DNA from: the human T2T-CHM13v2.0 reference genome, Homo sapiens | Assembly (NCBI RefSeq): GCF_009914755.1 | Contig: NC_060927.1 | Length of the DNA stretch: 64,000 bases | Strand: one strand, 5' to 3' | Part shown: in pieces, positions 60,901-64,000 of the stretch | How the letters are laid out: each line of letters begins with the position of its first letter | Position numbering within the stretch: the first letter of the stretch is position 1 | Program-made: the position numbers and the translations under genes | Notes under the pieces: generated by a model | Told to the model about the DNA's origin: nothing | What the model saw: the letters and a program-made list of their open reading frames with translations, nothing else | Databases searched by the model: none

Positions 60901-62178
60901 AATCATCTCATAAAGAACCCTTAATTCCTGGTTAAAGTCCCATCTATTTAGCAACTGCAATATTGCCCCAATCAATTTTTTTTAACCTCACTAGTGTTTA
61001 CACAAAGATGCAACAAAAACTAGACTGCTCTAATCTGTTCCAAACAAAAATATTGTATTTTTAACGTTGCCTTGTCATTCTGCTCTTTTGTCTTTGAATT
61101 CCACCATTCATCCAAGGAGCAATTCATTTAATTATTTACATTTTTATTGAGACATCAATCTGCTAGTGGAATCTTACTGAGGGCATTCCATATAGAATGT
61201 TGTGACTCTTCATATGCCATGTCATGCAGGTCCTTCAAACCACCTTGAACTCTGTAATATGTAATATGCCTTAGTCATGCTTTAGGGTTCCCATTGTCTA
61301 TCAATTCATCTATACTTGCCGTAAAACTCAGGACACACTTAAACTTTATCTTGCCTTTTAATGTTTCTTATTTTTTGGTGCATGTGTGTAGTGTCTTCTT
61401 GTAGGTTGTAAATAACTAGACTGCAGGGAACACTCCCATTCTTCACTTCACCTAGCAAAGTACCTTGCCATTACCTATTTGCTGATTCATTGATTAATTT
61501 TTTGACTAAGAAAAATAATCTATATTTATTAAGAAAAAGGAGGAGGATGTGCAAGCTTGAGAGAGTAGTTCATAAAAAACAAGATAGTTCTATTTCATGC
61601 TTTCTGTGGTGAGTCAAATGGTGATCATTTCTTGTGTTAATGATGAAGAGAAATAGAATTTGTGATTACATGACAACGAAATGTATTTTCTATTTTCAGT
61701 TCATACCAATAAAATAGTTATAGAGTTAAGCATTTTTAAATTATGGGGTTTTTTTGTCTTCCAATAGCCACAATATTTATAACATCTCTTGGGGGTATAC
61801 TTTAAGAGGATTCTGTATGTCAGACTTCATGGCAGGATGGCTTTCCTTGCCATCAACAGATTTAGGGAGATGTCATCATCAATTTCCACCTTCAAATAGG
61901 TCACTTCATGGTCAATAAATGCAAACTCACTTTAACAAATTAAAAACTCTCTGGTGTAATAGTCTCCCTCTCTCCGTCTATGGAAACCATTATGAGAGTT
62001 TGACCTCCAAAAAGCACCCCATTGATTCTGACTTGAATCAAGATATGGCTGGCCCCAGAAAGCCCTTTTCCCAACCTCAACAATAAAGAATTCTTTCTTT
62101 TGGAAATGTCTCCAAACTTGTCCCCTGTAGCCAACCAAGGACTGCCAAATATACCTGAAAACTAGTTTGAAATCTCTC

Positions 62179-62646
62179 TGTTACCAAGACATAAGGGATT
62201 TGGTCTAGGTCCTGCTGCTCACCTCAAAGAAAACCAATCACTGAGACAAGGATTATTGCCAAGGAAGAAGGCTGTGATTGGGTGCCACAGCCAAGGAGAT
62301 GGGAGATCAGTCTCAAATCCAACTCCCTGACCAACTAAAATTGGGGGTTTATTTAGCAGGGAAGAAATATAACCATGTGTGAGAAAATGAAAACTCAGGA
62401 GTGGCAAGAAAGCAATCATGATGAATGAGGGACCTTGAGTCTCAGTGTCTGGATACCATCATCATGTGAATTTCAGTTCTTTGAGACTTTTTGAGAGACC
62501 TGGGGTTCTTTCCTTTGGAGGGAACTGAGATAAAACAAATGTAAATGTCAAGCTTTAAGACCAGAAAGGTCAATTTCTATATTTAGTTTCAAAAAAACAA
62601 AAAACAAACAAAAAAACCTGTCTATGGATCCATTGGGTCAGTTTCA
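62179..62646 (-). mobile_element. ERV1 solo LTR (MER31-like)
   Basis: tgttacc...ggtctaggtcctgctgctc...gggtcagtttca; TG/CA termini; 4-bp TSD tctc/cctc. Confidence 0.8.
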
Positions 62647-63823
62647 CCTCCAAACTCCCTTCCAAAAACCTCATCTTCAAAGAACAATTGCTTTGTTCAT
62701 GGGATGTATCAGTATTTCTTTTTAGTACTCTATAAAATGTACTATTTTCTAATATCTGTGAACTCATGCAACAGATGAGTTCCCTTGCCATACTTTTGAA
62801 ATAAGCAGTCTTTAATAATTTTGTCTTGAATTTAAATTTATTCTTGGACATAAATGCATAATAATAAATGTAAGTGTCCTACATTGTATTTTTAATATAT
62901 ATTTTTTGAATTATTTAAATTAACAGTATAAATGGTTGAGAAATTGTGATTCTTTTTAGATGGAATTTTAACAACCCTTTAGTTAGGCTGCCTCTTGTTA
63001 TACATTCATTGATGTGCATTCAATATTCTTATTACATACTGGATCAGAATTAGGTTCATAGTTCTTTAATTCTTTGCAACACAGACAAAATATCACGGTG
63101 ACATTTTCCATATATTATATCCTGATGCACCTGAGCATAATCTCTGGAAACTTTCCGGTTTTTGATGAGTCTCATTACAGCCTTAGATAATGGTTTTTCT
63201 TAGTGTCTAGATACAGGTTTCCAGGCTAAACCTTTAATTTTGTAGCAATTGAAAGGTTAACACCTTCTATTAACAGAAGAACTATATTGTGGTAATAAGA
63301 AACCATTGCACCTCTGCTGGGTAATGTCTAAACACAAGGAGCTTTACATGTCAGAGTTACCTGGTGTAGAAGTTAATACGAAAGATTTTAACACACCTCT
63401 ATTCTGTTTTCTCTAGCTTTTCAATTGTATTCCAAATAGCAAGCTGTTAACCTTTCAGGTCCTAGTCTATAATTTGTATTCTGGCTAACAGCTGATTTAC
63501 TTTACTGAAAGTTTTGCTGATGTAAGGAGCAAAGGATCAAGAGTTTAATGGACACACACACACAAAAAGCCCAACTCTATGCATTTAAATCTATCTTATA
63601 TCAGAAGAACTTATGATAAATTTACAGCAATAAAATGTCAAGGTGTTAATAAGAATTAACAGGTTTCCGTGTGATTATATGACAGAATCACAGCCCAAAA
63701 TATCACCTTTTTGCTGGAACTGGGAAAAACACACTGAACAGATGCATCCAGAAAGATAACCATTGTAAAAAGCATCTGTCTAAACTCTAAGTGTAAATTA
63801 TTCTTTAAAAAGAGTCCACTTTC

Positions 63824-64000
63824 AGCCGGGCACGGTGGCTCATGCCTGTCATCCCAGCACTTTGGGAGGCCGAGGCGGGCAGATCATTAGGTCAGGAGAT
63901 TGAGACCATTCTGGCTAACATGGTGAAACCCCGTCTCTACTAAAAATACAAAAAAATTAGCAGGGCGTGGTGACGGGCGCCTGTAGTCCCAGCTACTCCG
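63824..64000 (+). mobile_element. AluY-like, cut by the window end
   Basis: agccgggcacggtggctcatgcc...gagaccattctggctaacatggtg. Confidence 0.93.

Overview
This is AT-rich primate (human-like) genomic DNA with no recognisable cellular gene. Well over half of it is transposon-derived: L1 of several ages, about 12 Alus, MaLR/ERV LTRs, L2, MIR and DNA transposons. The recognisable ORF-track entries are decayed L1, Alu or ERV frames, and the rest look like chance frames. The main structures are (i) a ~25 kb nested cluster at ~8.5-33.5 kb, (ii) an old full-length L1P at ~10.3-17.3 kb (-), (iii) an L1MA at ~20.5-32.4 kb (+) interrupted by a two-LTR class I ERV provirus (HERV30/HERV9/HERV-W-like, 25415-30885, - strand), and (iv) a full-length L1PA6/7-like element at ~37.15-43.3 kb (-). 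The most striking observation is pervasive G-to-A hypermutation of the provirus: 11 Trp TGG>TAG stops, gag ATG>ATA and protease DTG>NTS. This is the expected fossil footprint of APOBEC3 editing. The provirus also has a large pol-env deletion. Subfamily names and consensus comparisons come from my memory of consensus sequences and need RepeatMasker/Dfam confirmation. I found no evidence for a novel coding system.
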